Shown: positions 42,901-52,716, counted from the stretch's first letter. The stretch: DNA of 64,000 bases from an uncultured Chloroflexia bacterium (GCA_963700285.1 CAVOXA010000010.1:320001-384000), one strand, 5' to 3'. Numbers and translations: made by a program. Notes: generated from the sequence alone by a model not told the origin.

Positions 42901-44148
42901 CTATCGCGAATCCTTGATGACCTCTCCGTCTTTCATGATCAACCGCAGCCGCGAACGATCCTGGAGCAGGGTTACGTCCTGGAGCGGATCGCCATCAACG
43001 GCCAGCAGGTCAGCCAGCATGCCTTCTCGCAATACGCCTACCTCAGGGCCCAGCCCCATACACTGGGCGCCCATGCTGGTGGTCGCCACGATGGCCTGCA
43101 TGGGCGTCATGCCCGCTTCTACGAGGTAGGCCAATTCGGAAGCATTCTGACCGTGGCCAAAACCTCCGGCATCGGTGCCCATGGCCATTTTTACGCCGGC
43201 GGCCAGTGCATTCTGGAAACTCACGACCTGCTGGTCCAGCAGAGTCCGCGCCTTGCGGGGGATGTACTCCGGGATGGGACAGGGCTCCTGCTTACCTATC
43301 TCGACGATCTTGCGAAGTACGGTGAAGGTCGGGACCAGCCAGGTCCCCTGGCACACCATCCTCTCGATCAGATCGTCGTCCAGCGCCGCGCCATGCTCGA
43401 TACAGTCCACGCCCGCTTCCAGGCAGATGGCCACACCCTCGCCGCCATAGGCGTGGCTCATAACCGGCTTGCCCGCCGCGTGGGCGGCGTCCACGATGGC
43501 CTGTACCTCTTCCAGGGAGAACTGGCGGATGAGCGGGCCGCCCGTGGGGGTACCCACGCCGCCAGTGGTGCAGATCTTGATCCAGTCGGCGCCGGCGCGT
43601 ATCATCTCCCGCGTCTTTTGCCGGCAGCCGTCCGGCCCATCGCAGATACCACTGGGGACGCCGGGCAGGCGTGGGAAATCGGAATCGATGCCGGCCGGCT
43701 CGGTGTGATCGTTGTGGCCGCCAAACTGCGACAACAGGTTGACGCTTATCTTGAGGCGCGGCCCGGGGATAAGACCCTGCTCCACGGCCAGCTTCATGCC
43801 CAGGTCGACGCCGCCGGCGTCCCGGATGGCGGTAAAGCCGCCGAGCAAGGTATCGCGGAAAGTCCTGGCCGTCCTCAGGACCGCCAGGCTGGGTGGAATG
43901 GCTGCCCGGGCCACCATGCCGCCTTCCTGAACGGCCAGGTGATCGTGGCAGTCAATCATACCCGGCATCAGCGTCATGCCATGCAGATCGATCGGGCTTC
44001 CGCCCTCGGGGCAGGACAATTGAGACTGGGGCGCGAGGGCCTCGATCCGCTGACCAGAGACCACCATAGCATACGGCTCGTCGGGGACAGCACCCCCGGC
44101 GCCGTCGAGCAACCGGGCATTGCAGAGATATTTGGGTTTGTCGCTCAC
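42901..44148 (-). CDS. Amidohydrolase family protein (paralogue of 37359..38603)
   Basis: PGMIDCHDH, RDAGGVDLG, GADWIK, SHA, IEHG, GTDAG. Confidence 0.92.
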   Translation of the reverse strand: MSDKPKYLCNARLLDGAGGAVPDEPYAMVVSGQRIEALAPQSQLSCPEGGSPIDLHGMTLMPGMIDCHDHLAVQEGGMVARAAIPPSLAVLRTARTFRDTLLGGFTAIRDAGGVDLGMKLAVEQGLIPGPRLKISVNLLSQFGGHNDHTEPAGIDSDFPRLPGVPSGICDGPDGCRQKTREMIRAGADWIKICTTGGVGTPTGGPLIRQFSLEEVQAIVDAAHAAGKPVMSHAYGGEGVAICLEAGVDCIEHGAALDDDLIERMVCQGTWLVPTFTVLRKIVEIGKQEPCPIPEYIPRKARTLLDQQVVSFQNALAAGVKMAMGTDAGGFGHGQNASELAYLVEAGMTPMQAIVATTSMGAQCMGLGPEVGVLREGMLADLLAVDGDPLQDVTLLQDRSRLRLIMKDGEVIKDSR

Positions 44149-44178
44149 CGACCGTCCTCCATCACAGATCCCTCAAGC

Positions 44179-44985
44179 TCAATGACCATCCAGCATGGTA
44201 AAGTCATGCACGCCCTGGAAGGAGTAATGGCCCGCCATCAGGCCGCCATCGACCAGGTAAAGCTGGCCCGTGATCCAATCGGCGTCAGCCGACGAGAGAA
44301 AAAGAACCGCCTTTGCTATGTCTGAAGGCTGGCCCATGCGACCCAGTGGGACCTCCTCCAGATAGCGGGTTTGATAGGCCTGAGACAGGTTCTCTTCGTC
44401 GCGCTGGGCTGGCACATCGATCAGTCCCGGAGCCACGGCATTGACGTTGATCTGGTACTGGGCCAGCTCCATGGCCAGCACCTTGGTCAGCAGCGTCAGC
44501 CCGGCCTTGGCCGTGCAGTGGGGGCCGCCTTTGATGCGCCCCATGACAGCCGAAACCGACGAGATGTTGACGATCTTACCTCCGCCGCCCCGGTCGATCA
44601 TGTGCCGGGCTACGTGCTTGGATGTCAGGAAGGGACCGGTTAGCTGCACCGCCAGTTGCCGATCCCAATCGGACCGGTCCAGGTCCACCAGCAGTTTGTG
44701 GACGACAATGCCGGCATTGTTGACGAGGATGTCGATCCGGCCTAGCTGATCCAGGACCTGTTGAACCATGGTCTCGACCCGGGGCTCATCGGCCACGTCG
44801 GTCGGCACGGAGATGGCCCGGCCACCGGCTGCGGCGATCTCGGCGACAGCCCGCGCCCCAGATGCCTCATTGATGTCTGCTACCACCACTCGGGCGCCCT
44901 CGGCAGCATAGGCATGGGCCATGGCCAAACCGATGCCGTTGCCCGCCCCAGTGACGATGGTTACCTTGTCCTCAAAGCGTTTCAT
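44179..44985 (-). CDS. SDR family oxidoreductase, HxxxK variant
   Basis: TGAGNGIG, NNAG, NISS, GPHCTAK, VAPG, VDGG. Confidence 0.92.
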   Translation of the reverse strand: MKRFEDKVTIVTGAGNGIGLAMAHAYAAEGARVVVADINEASGARAVAEIAAAGGRAISVPTDVADEPRVETMVQQVLDQLGRIDILVNNAGIVVHKLLVDLDRSDWDRQLAVQLTGPFLTSKHVARHMIDRGGGGKIVNISSVSAVMGRIKGGPHCTAKAGLTLLTKVLAMELAQYQINVNAVAPGLIDVPAQRDEENLSQAYQTRYLEEVPLGRMGQPSDIAKAVLFLSSADADWITGQLYLVDGGLMAGHYSFQGVHDFTMLDGH

Positions 44986-46164
44986 TCTCCCATACCTCCC
45001 AGATCCACGTCGCCTTCCAGGGGCAGGCCCACCCAGCGCCGTTCCCGGTGAGACAAGGTCACGGCGTTGATGATCTCCTGCACCCGTGCACTCTGGGTGA
45101 AATTCCCCTGGTTGGTGTCGCCGCCATCCACGATCTCTTGCATAAAGTTGTGCACCAGCCCGACGTAAAAAGCCGAAGGCCAGGGCTCGCCGTCCTGATA
45201 TTCGGGCGGGAAGAAACGCTCGGGGATCTCTATCGGCACGAACTCCACGGCGTCCGGCTTGGCGCCGTGAAGGGTCTGAATAACGCCAAACTCCTCCACC
45301 AGGCGGGCGATCAGCGCGCCCTCAGAGCCATAGATGCGGGCCTCGATCCCGGGATAGTTGCCCACGGTCACAAAACTGCTCTGCATGGAGTAGAGCGCGC
45401 CGTTGGCGCACTCGCCGATAAACATGTCAGCGTCGTCGACGTTGATCCGCTCCCGCTCGGTGTCCAGATTGGTCCGCCGGCGGTAGGGAACCATATTGGC
45501 CAGGATGCCGACCACCTGGGTCAGATCGCTGCCCACCAGCTCCAGGCCAATGTCGATGGTCGGCGCGCCATAGCCTTCCAGCGACGAGACGTGGATCCCC
45601 TCCCGCGTCAGGTCGGTGCCCCACAGTTGCTCTTCGACCGGCTTGGTCCTGTGGATCCGCTTGTCCATGGGGTTGTCGGGATCCAGCCACTGGGAATTCT
45701 GCTCGTAGCCGTTAAAGACAAAGGGCTCACCGATGAAACCCTGGCGCACCAGTTCGAACATGTACTGCACGGCCGGTGCATAGCGAAAGGTGAGTCCTAC
45801 TTTGGTCTTTAACCCCTTGGAGTCGGCCAGCCGCTGGGCGCGCAACACGTCGCGGTAGTCGTGGCACACCGGTTTTTCGACCAGGCAGTGTTTGCCCGCC
45901 TCCAGGGTGGCAAAGACCAGATCCTGGTGATCGCCACGGGTCACGACGTCGACCACATCGATGTCGCTCGCGCTGAAGGATCTTTTCATAGTCGGTGACC
46001 ACCTCGGGGATGCCGAACTCCTCGGCCCTGGCCTCGGCCAGATCCCGATGGAGGTCACAGATCATGACGATTTCACTGAGCGGTGAACGGGTGAATCCCG
46101 GCAGGTGGGCAGAAGCCGACCAGCGACCGGCGCCAATAACGCCTACACGAAGTTTTTCTGTCAT
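44982..46164 (-). CDS. Gfo/Idh/MocA family oxidoreductase (paralogue of 36200..37366); frameshift near 45980
   Basis: ORFs 45727..46167 and 44982..46058 join. GAGRWS, VEKP, FNGYEQNSQWLDP, SLEGYGAPTID. Confidence 0.9.
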
Positions 46165-46239
46165 CACTTTCTCCTTTTCTCCAAATCCACACCGGCTGTC
46201 TGCCGGCAGTGTCCCTGGGATCGTACTCGCTTCTGGCTC

Positions 46240-47058
46240 TCAACCTCTATTGCGACCCGTCACCCAATCGTAACGGACGTCGTCGTCAACTATGGGTCCG
46301 CTGAAGCGAGTCCCTACCGACGCCGCCCCGTCGACGCTGATGACGGAACCGTTGATATAGCTGGACGCATCGGAGGCCAAAAAGAGGACTACGTCCACCA
46401 CCTCCTCCGGCTCGCCCGGCCTGGCCAAGGGCAGGGTGGGGATGCGGGCCTCCAGTTTTTCCTTCATATCAGGCGGCAGGGGCTTGGGCTGGGTGTCGAT
46501 CAGCCCCGGGCTGACGGTGTTGACCAGGATGTTGTGCGGCGCAAGCTCGATGGCCGCGACGCGAGAAAAACTCTCGGTCGCTGCCCGGCTGGAGGCATAG
46601 GCGGCCCCACCGGCTGAGCCACGTTTGCTGGCGGCTGAGGAAAAGTTGATGATCCGGCCCCCACGTCCGGCGGCGATCATGGCCCGGGCCGCCGCTTGCG
46701 TCAGCAGGAAGGTGCCGCGACAATTGACAGCGTAAACCGTGTCCCAGACCTCAACCCGCTCCTCCAGAAGCGCCGTGTGGGGCGCGACAGCGGCATTGTT
46801 CACGCAGATATCCAGGCGCCCAAAGCGCGCCATGGCTGCGTCGACGATCTCGCCGGCCCCTGCGGTTGTACTGACATCAGCCACCACTGCCACCACACCG
46901 GCGGCATACGGTGCACAGGTCTCGGCCAGGCCGATTGCGTCGCGGTCGGCCGCTACCACCTGTACCCCAACCTGCACAAAACCCGCCACCAGTGCCCGGC
47001 CGACACCACGTGCGGCGCCGGTCACAACTGCTACTTTACCCTCAAGACCAAAGTCCAT
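46240..47058 (-). CDS. SDR family oxidoreductase, YxxxR variant
   Basis: TGAARGVG, NNAA, NFSS, AYASSR, VSPG. Confidence 0.9.
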   Translation of the reverse strand: MDFGLEGKVAVVTGAARGVGRALVAGFVQVGVQVVAADRDAIGLAETCAPYAAGVVAVVADVSTTAGAGEIVDAAMARFGRLDICVNNAAVAPHTALLEERVEVWDTVYAVNCRGTFLLTQAAARAMIAAGRGGRIINFSSAASKRGSAGGAAYASSRAATESFSRVAAIELAPHNILVNTVSPGLIDTQPKPLPPDMKEKLEARIPTLPLARPGEPEEVVDVVLFLASDASSYINGSVISVDGAASVGTRFSGPIVDDDVRYDWVTGRNRG

Positions 47059-47084
47059 TTCTCCAACCCCCACCAGCATCCTCT

Positions 47085-48755
47085 TTAGAAGAGAACACCA
47101 TCATCGGCTGTCCCCAGCATATCCTGACGGATCAATTTTAGAGGAATCAAGCCGTAGGTCATAAAGCGGTCGTGGAACTCTTTTAGGTTGAACTCGCTGC
47201 CGAGCAAGGTCTCATAGTCAGCGCGGATCTTGCGCACCATCTCGCAGCCAATGTGATAGGTCAGGTGTGTGGGATAGTACACGGCGCGATCCAGCAATCC
47301 ATAGGCGCTGGCGCTCATGATACCCGCCTTGGCCTCCATCCACTCGGCCGCCTGGGATAGGGTCCGGACCTGCAGGTGGATCTCCATACCGATAATGGCC
47401 CGCACGATGTAGGCGCGCTTGGACACAAGCGCGCCAAAGCGGTATAGCGGGTCCTGTTCGCCATACACCTCGTCGATCATCATATACTTGCCATATTCAG
47501 CCCAGCCGTCCGAGTTGGAGTCAGAGTCGTGATCCTTGCTGGCCCGCATGGGTACGCGCTGTTCCAGGTGAAACTGGGTATGGTGACCCGGATAGGCCTC
47601 ATGCAGGAAGAGAAGCACCGTAGAATAAGTGTTAAAGTTCCGCAACTGGGACTGAAGCTGCTCAGCGGACCAATCAGACTGAGGCAGGTGCACCATCAGG
47701 TACGATTCCTTGGCCACCGTCTCGAACGGGCCAGGGGTGAGCATCATGCCCCCGCCACTGGCATAGCTGGGCATGGGGCTGACGATCACATCGGGCATCT
47801 CTGGCGGCAGCGTCAACAGGTCGCGGTCAGTGAGGTAGCCGCGCATGCGGGCCAGTTCGCGTCGCATCATCGGCATCAGATCATCGGCTTTTGGGTGGCG
47901 TCCCAACATCCGCTCGCGCAGATCGTCTGGCGTGGCAGCCGGGTCGATCTCGCGTGCCAGTTCATCGATCCGCCGTTCGACCTCCTCCAGGTGGCCATAG
48001 CAGCGCGCCAGAATCTCGGCCACTGGCACGTCGATCATCTCTTCGGCGTCCAGGATGGCCTGGATGCCTGCTTCGCCCACGGCAAAGCTGCCATGCGAGC
48101 GGGGCAGCAGATCTTCCTGCAGGTAGGCTAGAAAGCCCTCCAGTTCCTCCACCACGCAGTCGTTGGCCTCGCGGAAAGCGTTCACCAGGCTGCTATCCTG
48201 GACACGGTCAAACTGGCGGGGCAAGTTTCGAAAGAAATCAATGGCTCCCGGCATCAAGCGAATGGCTTGTTCGGTGTATTCGTAGGGTGGGTTGGTGAGA
48301 TTCGCCCACGCTGCCTGCAACACCTGGGGTACATGCCGCTCGCGTGAGATCACCAACTTGAGGCGCTCCTCCAGCGGCGCGAAGCTGCGGCTGACCAGGT
48401 TGAACACGCCTTCGACGATGGTATCCTTGTAAAAGAGGGGGTTGTTCTCCCAAAAGCGCCAGGTCTCGATCCAATAGATCTCGCGCTTCAGGCGTGTGCT
48501 CAGCACCAGATGGTCGATGGCATGCCAGTAGCCCATCCCCGCCGGGTCGATCCGGGCTACCTCTGCTTGGATGGCCTTCATGCGCCGCAGGGTTTCCTCT
48601 ACTTCATCGCGGCGATAGTGCCCCAGGTGATCATCGTACTGGTGCAGCCCCTGCCGCGTGGCATGCGGCGGGTGATAGGTGTAATAGACGTCGAAAAAAT
48701 CTTTGCTGAGCCGGTCGTATCGCGCTTCTACACTGCTCCGCGCATCCTGAGCCAT
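47085..48755 (-). CDS. DUF885 family zincin-like protein
   Basis: ATRQGLHQYDD, HEAYPGHH, DGWAEY, YHIG, FNLKEFHD, YGLIP. No signal peptide. Confidence 0.88.
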   Translation of the reverse strand: MAQDARSSVEARYDRLSKDFFDVYYTYHPPHATRQGLHQYDDHLGHYRRDEVEETLRRMKAIQAEVARIDPAGMGYWHAIDHLVLSTRLKREIYWIETWRFWENNPLFYKDTIVEGVFNLVSRSFAPLEERLKLVISRERHVPQVLQAAWANLTNPPYEYTEQAIRLMPGAIDFFRNLPRQFDRVQDSSLVNAFREANDCVVEELEGFLAYLQEDLLPRSHGSFAVGEAGIQAILDAEEMIDVPVAEILARCYGHLEEVERRIDELAREIDPAATPDDLRERMLGRHPKADDLMPMMRRELARMRGYLTDRDLLTLPPEMPDVIVSPMPSYASGGGMMLTPGPFETVAKESYLMVHLPQSDWSAEQLQSQLRNFNTYSTVLLFLHEAYPGHHTQFHLEQRVPMRASKDHDSDSNSDGWAEYGKYMMIDEVYGEQDPLYRFGALVSKRAYIVRAIIGMEIHLQVRTLSQAAEWMEAKAGIMSASAYGLLDRAVYYPTHLTYHIGCEMVRKIRADYETLLGSEFNLKEFHDRFMTYGLIPLKLIRQDMLGTADDGVLF

Positions 48756-48772
48756 TGGCTACCCCCTGCGAG

Positions 48773-49705
48773 TTATCCTCGGTGTAGCGTCGGATCTAGG
48801 GCATCGTGCAGTCCATCCCCCACAAAGTTGATACAGAGCACGGTCACGAGGATGGCCAGTCCTGGGAAAATGGTGAGCCAGGGCTTGGTAGACATGGTAT
48901 CCTGCGAGTCCTGCAGCATATTGCCCCATGTCGGCGTTGGCGGTGAGACACCAAGTCCCAGAAAACTCAAGGAAGACTCGATGATAATGGCCATGCCCAC
49001 GCCCAGAGTGGCCCCGACAATGATCGGTCCCATGGCATTGGGCACAATGTGCCTAAAGATCACAGTTCTGTCACGGGTACCGATCATCCGTGCAGCAGTC
49101 ACAAACTCCTGTTCCTTGAGCGACAGCACAGAACCGCGTACGACCCTGGCCGTACCCATCCAGCTCAGGAAGCCGATGATCAATACCATGACCGGAACGG
49201 CGGCGTTGGTATAGGAGGTCAGGACGATGAGTAACGGCAGCGATGGAATGGCAAAGATGATGTCTGTGAACCGCATCAGGGCATTGTCTACCGCACCCCC
49301 GTAAAAGCCGGCAAAGGCTCCCACCAGCGAGCCAAAGATGGTTGCCACCAAGGCAGCAAAGATGCCGATGGACATCGAGATCCGTCCCCCGTACAGGATC
49401 CGGGTCAAAAGATCGCGACCCAAATCGTCCGTTCCCAACCAGTGTTCCTTCGAAGGAGGCTCTTTGACGTGCTTTAGATCGATGGCATCGAATTCGTAGG
49501 GAGCAATGATGGGAGCCAGGTATACTGCCAGGGTCAGGATTACCAGCACCACAGCGGCAGCCATGGCCACCCTGTGGCGCCGGAATTGCCGCCAGATCAT
49601 GCTGCGCAAAGAACGAACATGAGCCTGCTCTGGAGCTACCTCTGCGATCTCGCGTTTTTGGTTAACCATTTTGTGATTCGTATTATCCGGAGTTGAGTGT
49701 GTCAT
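48773..49705 (-). CDS. dppC: Peptide ABC transporter permease (DppC/OppC type)
   Basis: HWLGTDDLGRD, ESSLSFLGLG, GDGLHDALDP. ATGA overlap with the upstream permease. Confidence 0.93.
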   Translation of the reverse strand: MTHSTPDNTNHKMVNQKREIAEVAPEQAHVRSLRSMIWRQFRRHRVAMAAAVVLVILTLAVYLAPIIAPYEFDAIDLKHVKEPPSKEHWLGTDDLGRDLLTRILYGGRISMSIGIFAALVATIFGSLVGAFAGFYGGAVDNALMRFTDIIFAIPSLPLLIVLTSYTNAAVPVMVLIIGFLSWMGTARVVRGSVLSLKEQEFVTAARMIGTRDRTVIFRHIVPNAMGPIIVGATLGVGMAIIIESSLSFLGLGVSPPTPTWGNMLQDSQDTMSTKPWLTIFPGLAILVTVLCINFVGDGLHDALDPTLHRG

Positions 49706-50655
49706 TCGTAGCTGATGCGCGGATCCAGCCAACCATAGACAATATCCGCGAAAAGATTGAAAAAGACAACCATGAAGGCCCCCATCATCAAGATAGCCAT
49801 CAGCAGGGGATAGTCGCGCTGACCCATGGCCTGGATGAACAGGCGACCAATGCCTGGCCAGGCAAAGATGGTCTCGGTGATCACTGCTCCGGAAAAGAGC
49901 CCAGCCAGGTCCAGGGCCATGATAGAGACCACCGGGATGAGCGCATTCTTGAGCGCGTGCCGCCCCAGAATCATGTTCTCGGTAAGGCCCTTTGCCCGGC
50001 CGGTACGAATATACTCCGAATTGACCACTCCCAGCATACTGGTTCGCATGTAGCGAGACCAGCCGGCAATGTAGCGCAGAGAGAGGACAATGCCCGGCAG
50101 AATAAGATGTTTGGCCTGATCCCAAAACGAGTTGTCGCCAACGGTCGCGCGGCCCGAGGTGGGCAGCCAGCCTAGCTGGACTGCAAAAACCAACTGTAGG
50201 ATCAAGGCGAACCAGAAGACCGGCATCGCCACCCCCAGGAAGGAGAGGCCGGTACCTGCAAAGTCCAGCGCGCTATACTGACGCACGGCGCTTACAATGC
50301 CCAGAGGTAAGGCTACGACGGCGGCGATGATGAACCCGACCAGCATCAACTCCAGCGTCGCCGGCAGGCGTTCAAAAACCATCTCTGCCACGGGCCGCGC
50401 TGAGGTATAGCTGTAACCCAGGTCCCCTTTGGCCGCAGTGCTGATCCAGCGCAGATATTGAATGTAGATAGGCTTGTCCAGGCCCAGCCGGTGGCGGTAG
50501 GCCTCGATGATCTTTGGATCGACAAAGCGTCCCGTCTCCAGAAAGACGGTCTCCGGGCCACCCGGGGCTGCCTGGATGACGAGAAAAATAATGATCGAGA
50601 TTCCGACCAGGAGCGGGATCATCTGCAGCAGCCGGCGACGTATATATCGACTCAC
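49702..50655 (-). CDS. dppB: Peptide ABC transporter permease (DppB/OppB type)
   Basis: GLDKPI, GDLGYSY, YIRTGRAKGL, ETIFAWPGIG, LDPRI. Confidence 0.95.
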   Translation of the reverse strand: MSRYIRRRLLQMIPLLVGISIIIFLVIQAAPGGPETVFLETGRFVDPKIIEAYRHRLGLDKPIYIQYLRWISTAAKGDLGYSYTSARPVAEMVFERLPATLELMLVGFIIAAVVALPLGIVSAVRQYSALDFAGTGLSFLGVAMPVFWFALILQLVFAVQLGWLPTSGRATVGDNSFWDQAKHLILPGIVLSLRYIAGWSRYMRTSMLGVVNSEYIRTGRAKGLTENMILGRHALKNALIPVVSIMALDLAGLFSGAVITETIFAWPGIGRLFIQAMGQRDYPLLMAILMMGAFMVVFFNLFADIVYGWLDPRISYE

Positions 50656-50690
50656 TGAGTACCTTCCACCATGAGTTAGCTTCTGGAATT

Positions 50691-50714
50691 GGCAGCTATG
50701 GAAAGCCGCCCTAC
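50691..50714 (-). repeat. GTAG-type REP-like element GTAGGGCGGCTTTCCATAGCTGCC
   Basis: GTAG tetranucleotide directly followed by a 7-bp stem with one G-T wobble. A second hairpin lies next to it at 50721-50742. Confidence 0.5.
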
Positions 50715-50800
50715 GGACTCCCCTACCAGGTTCCTGGCAGGGTGGGTATCCCTACCCGTATCTTTTCAAAGCTCAGCGCCTGTACTGCGGAATATCGCCA

Positions 50801-50834
50801 GGTTGGGCTGGAGACCTGAATCCCCAGCCCAACC
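50801..50834 (-). terminator. Hairpin downstream of the third solute-binding-protein gene
   Basis: 11-bp stem GGTTGGGCTGG/CCAGCCCAACC. No clear U tract, so mRNA stabilisation is as likely as termination. Confidence 0.5.
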
Positions 50835-50860
50835 CATACAGACTAGACAACCTCAGTCAG

Positions 50861-52558
50861 CTAGTTGCCAAAGTCCCATTCGTAGGAATTCCAGAAGCTG
50901 CCCAGGTTGGTGCCACTGCCCTTAAAGTTCTCAAAGTCTTCCCTGAGAACATAGGGTCTCGGCTGGTAGTAGATGGGCAACTGCGGCACTTCTTCCTGCA
51001 AGATCACCTGGACCTCGTCAATCAGCGGTTTGCGCTCGGCAAAGTCAAAGACGCTATCTGAGGCGTGCATGGCCTCATCCAGGTCCTCGAAGCAATAGCC
51101 GGTAAAGTTGTTGGAGGCGTCGCAGGCATACAGAGAGGTGAGGCTTGGATCGGCGGGAATGATCCAACCGCCGACAATGGCGTCCCATTCGGTGGAAAGC
51201 CACTTTTCGATCCAGGCCGCATTCTCCATGTCCTCGAACACGACTTCGACGCCGATCTCTTTGAGCTGGGCCTGGATCACCTGGGCGATGGCCACGCGTT
51301 CCGGGCGGCTCATACGGTTCATGATGGCGAAGGAGAAACGCTCGCCGTCCTTTTCACGGATGCCATCGTCGCCTACCGTCCAGCCCGCTTCGTCGAGCAA
51401 CTGCTTGGCCTTCTCAGGATCATATGTGTACTTGGGCACGTCGGGGTTGTGATAGGGGCTGCTGGGCGTGATCGGCGTGTCCGCGACCTCTACGGTACCC
51501 TCCATAAGATCGACGGCGATGGACTCGCGGTCAAAGCCAAGGGACAGGGCATGGCGTACGTTCTTGTCGCCGAACAACATCTGGCCCCGCTCCGTGGCAA
51601 CGTTGGTACCAAAGTAGACCCAGATGTTCGAGTTGACGATGTCGGTCTTGTACCCTTCCAGGCCCTCAACCTCTGCTACCTGGGCGGGCAGGACCTCGCC
51701 AAGGTCGTGTTCACCGGCCTTGAGCGCATTCAGACGGGTGTTGGGGTCGGGGATGAAGGTAAAGATGATCTCGTCGAGCTTGGGATAGTCGGGTCCACGC
51801 CAGTAGTTCTCATTCTTTACGACGCGGACGTACTCGCCTGATTTCCACTCGGCAAACTTGAAGGGGCCTGTGCCCAGCGGGCTGCGGTTGTAAGCGTCGT
51901 AGGTGAGGATGTCCTCGCCCTCAAGAAAATGCTTGGGCAGGATCGTGTCGAACAGGCTGGCATAGGGCGCGTAGACTTTTTCCCAGGTCAGGACGACGGT
52001 GTAGGGATCGGGCGCCTGGCAGTCGATGATGTTCTGGTACTCGGTCTGGTTATAGACCGCAGCACCCGCCTCACTGACGATGAATTCCCAGGTGAAGCAA
52101 ACGTCCTCGCTGGTGAACTCGACGCCGTCGTGCCACTGGACACCCTCGTACAGGTTCCAGGTCATCTCGACCTTACCATCATCGAGCATGACAATGCCGC
52201 CGTTCTCGGTGGTGGGAATCTCTTTGGCCAGCACAGGAATATAGCTATTGTTGTCATCGCTCATGATCAAACCATCGATCATGGTGATCTCGATGTCAGT
52301 GAGGTTCTGGCTGGTGAGCGCATTCAGCGTATCGATCTCAGAACCATAGGCCACGCGCAAGACCTTCTTCTCGGCCGCGGGCGGCTCGGTGGGCGCCTCG
52401 GTAGGTTCGGGCTCGGCGGGCGCCTGGGTAGGCTCGGGCGCAGCGGCTGCCTCGGTCGGCTCCGGCGGCGCCTCGGTTGCTGCCGGACCGCAGGCGGCCA
52501 CCAACAGCGCGAGTACTACGATCATCAATAACATGCTAGGCCAGTACTGCTTTTTCAT
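50861..52558 (-). CDS. Peptide ABC transporter substrate-binding lipoprotein, family 5
   Basis: Lipobox LVAAC, P/A/T/E linker, WHDGVEFTSEDV, GTGPF, NVRHAL, FWNSYEW. Confidence 0.95.
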   Translation of the reverse strand: MKKQYWPSMLLMIVVLALLVAACGPAATEAPPEPTEAAAAPEPTQAPAEPEPTEAPTEPPAAEKKVLRVAYGSEIDTLNALTSQNLTDIEITMIDGLIMSDDNNSYIPVLAKEIPTTENGGIVMLDDGKVEMTWNLYEGVQWHDGVEFTSEDVCFTWEFIVSEAGAAVYNQTEYQNIIDCQAPDPYTVVLTWEKVYAPYASLFDTILPKHFLEGEDILTYDAYNRSPLGTGPFKFAEWKSGEYVRVVKNENYWRGPDYPKLDEIIFTFIPDPNTRLNALKAGEHDLGEVLPAQVAEVEGLEGYKTDIVNSNIWVYFGTNVATERGQMLFGDKNVRHALSLGFDRESIAVDLMEGTVEVADTPITPSSPYHNPDVPKYTYDPEKAKQLLDEAGWTVGDDGIREKDGERFSFAIMNRMSRPERVAIAQVIQAQLKEIGVEVVFEDMENAAWIEKWLSTEWDAIVGGWIIPADPSLTSLYACDASNNFTGYCFEDLDEAMHASDSVFDFAERKPLIDEVQVILQEEVPQLPIYYQPRPYVLREDFENFKGSGTNLGSFWNSYEWDFGN

Positions 52559-52716
52559 TTCCTTCTCCTTATTCTTCCGAAAATGGATACAGCTTGTTCC
52601 TACACCTCGCTCCCGAGCATAGTCGGGAGAACCAACTGGTTATGGTTTGGTCTCACCTCCTTGCTCGGCGTGGACGAGTCTTGACCACACCACTCAGCCG
52701 AACGCGTTGCCAGCTC

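Noticed and set aside
48773-50125. 450-aa extended permease
   Set aside because: The extension overlaps dppB in another frame. The true start is the ATGA-coupled ATG at 49705.
52380-52480. Short GC-rich repeats resembling an array
   Set aside because: They encode the PEPTEA linker of the lipoprotein and have no repeat-spacer structure. No CRISPR array was seen in the window.
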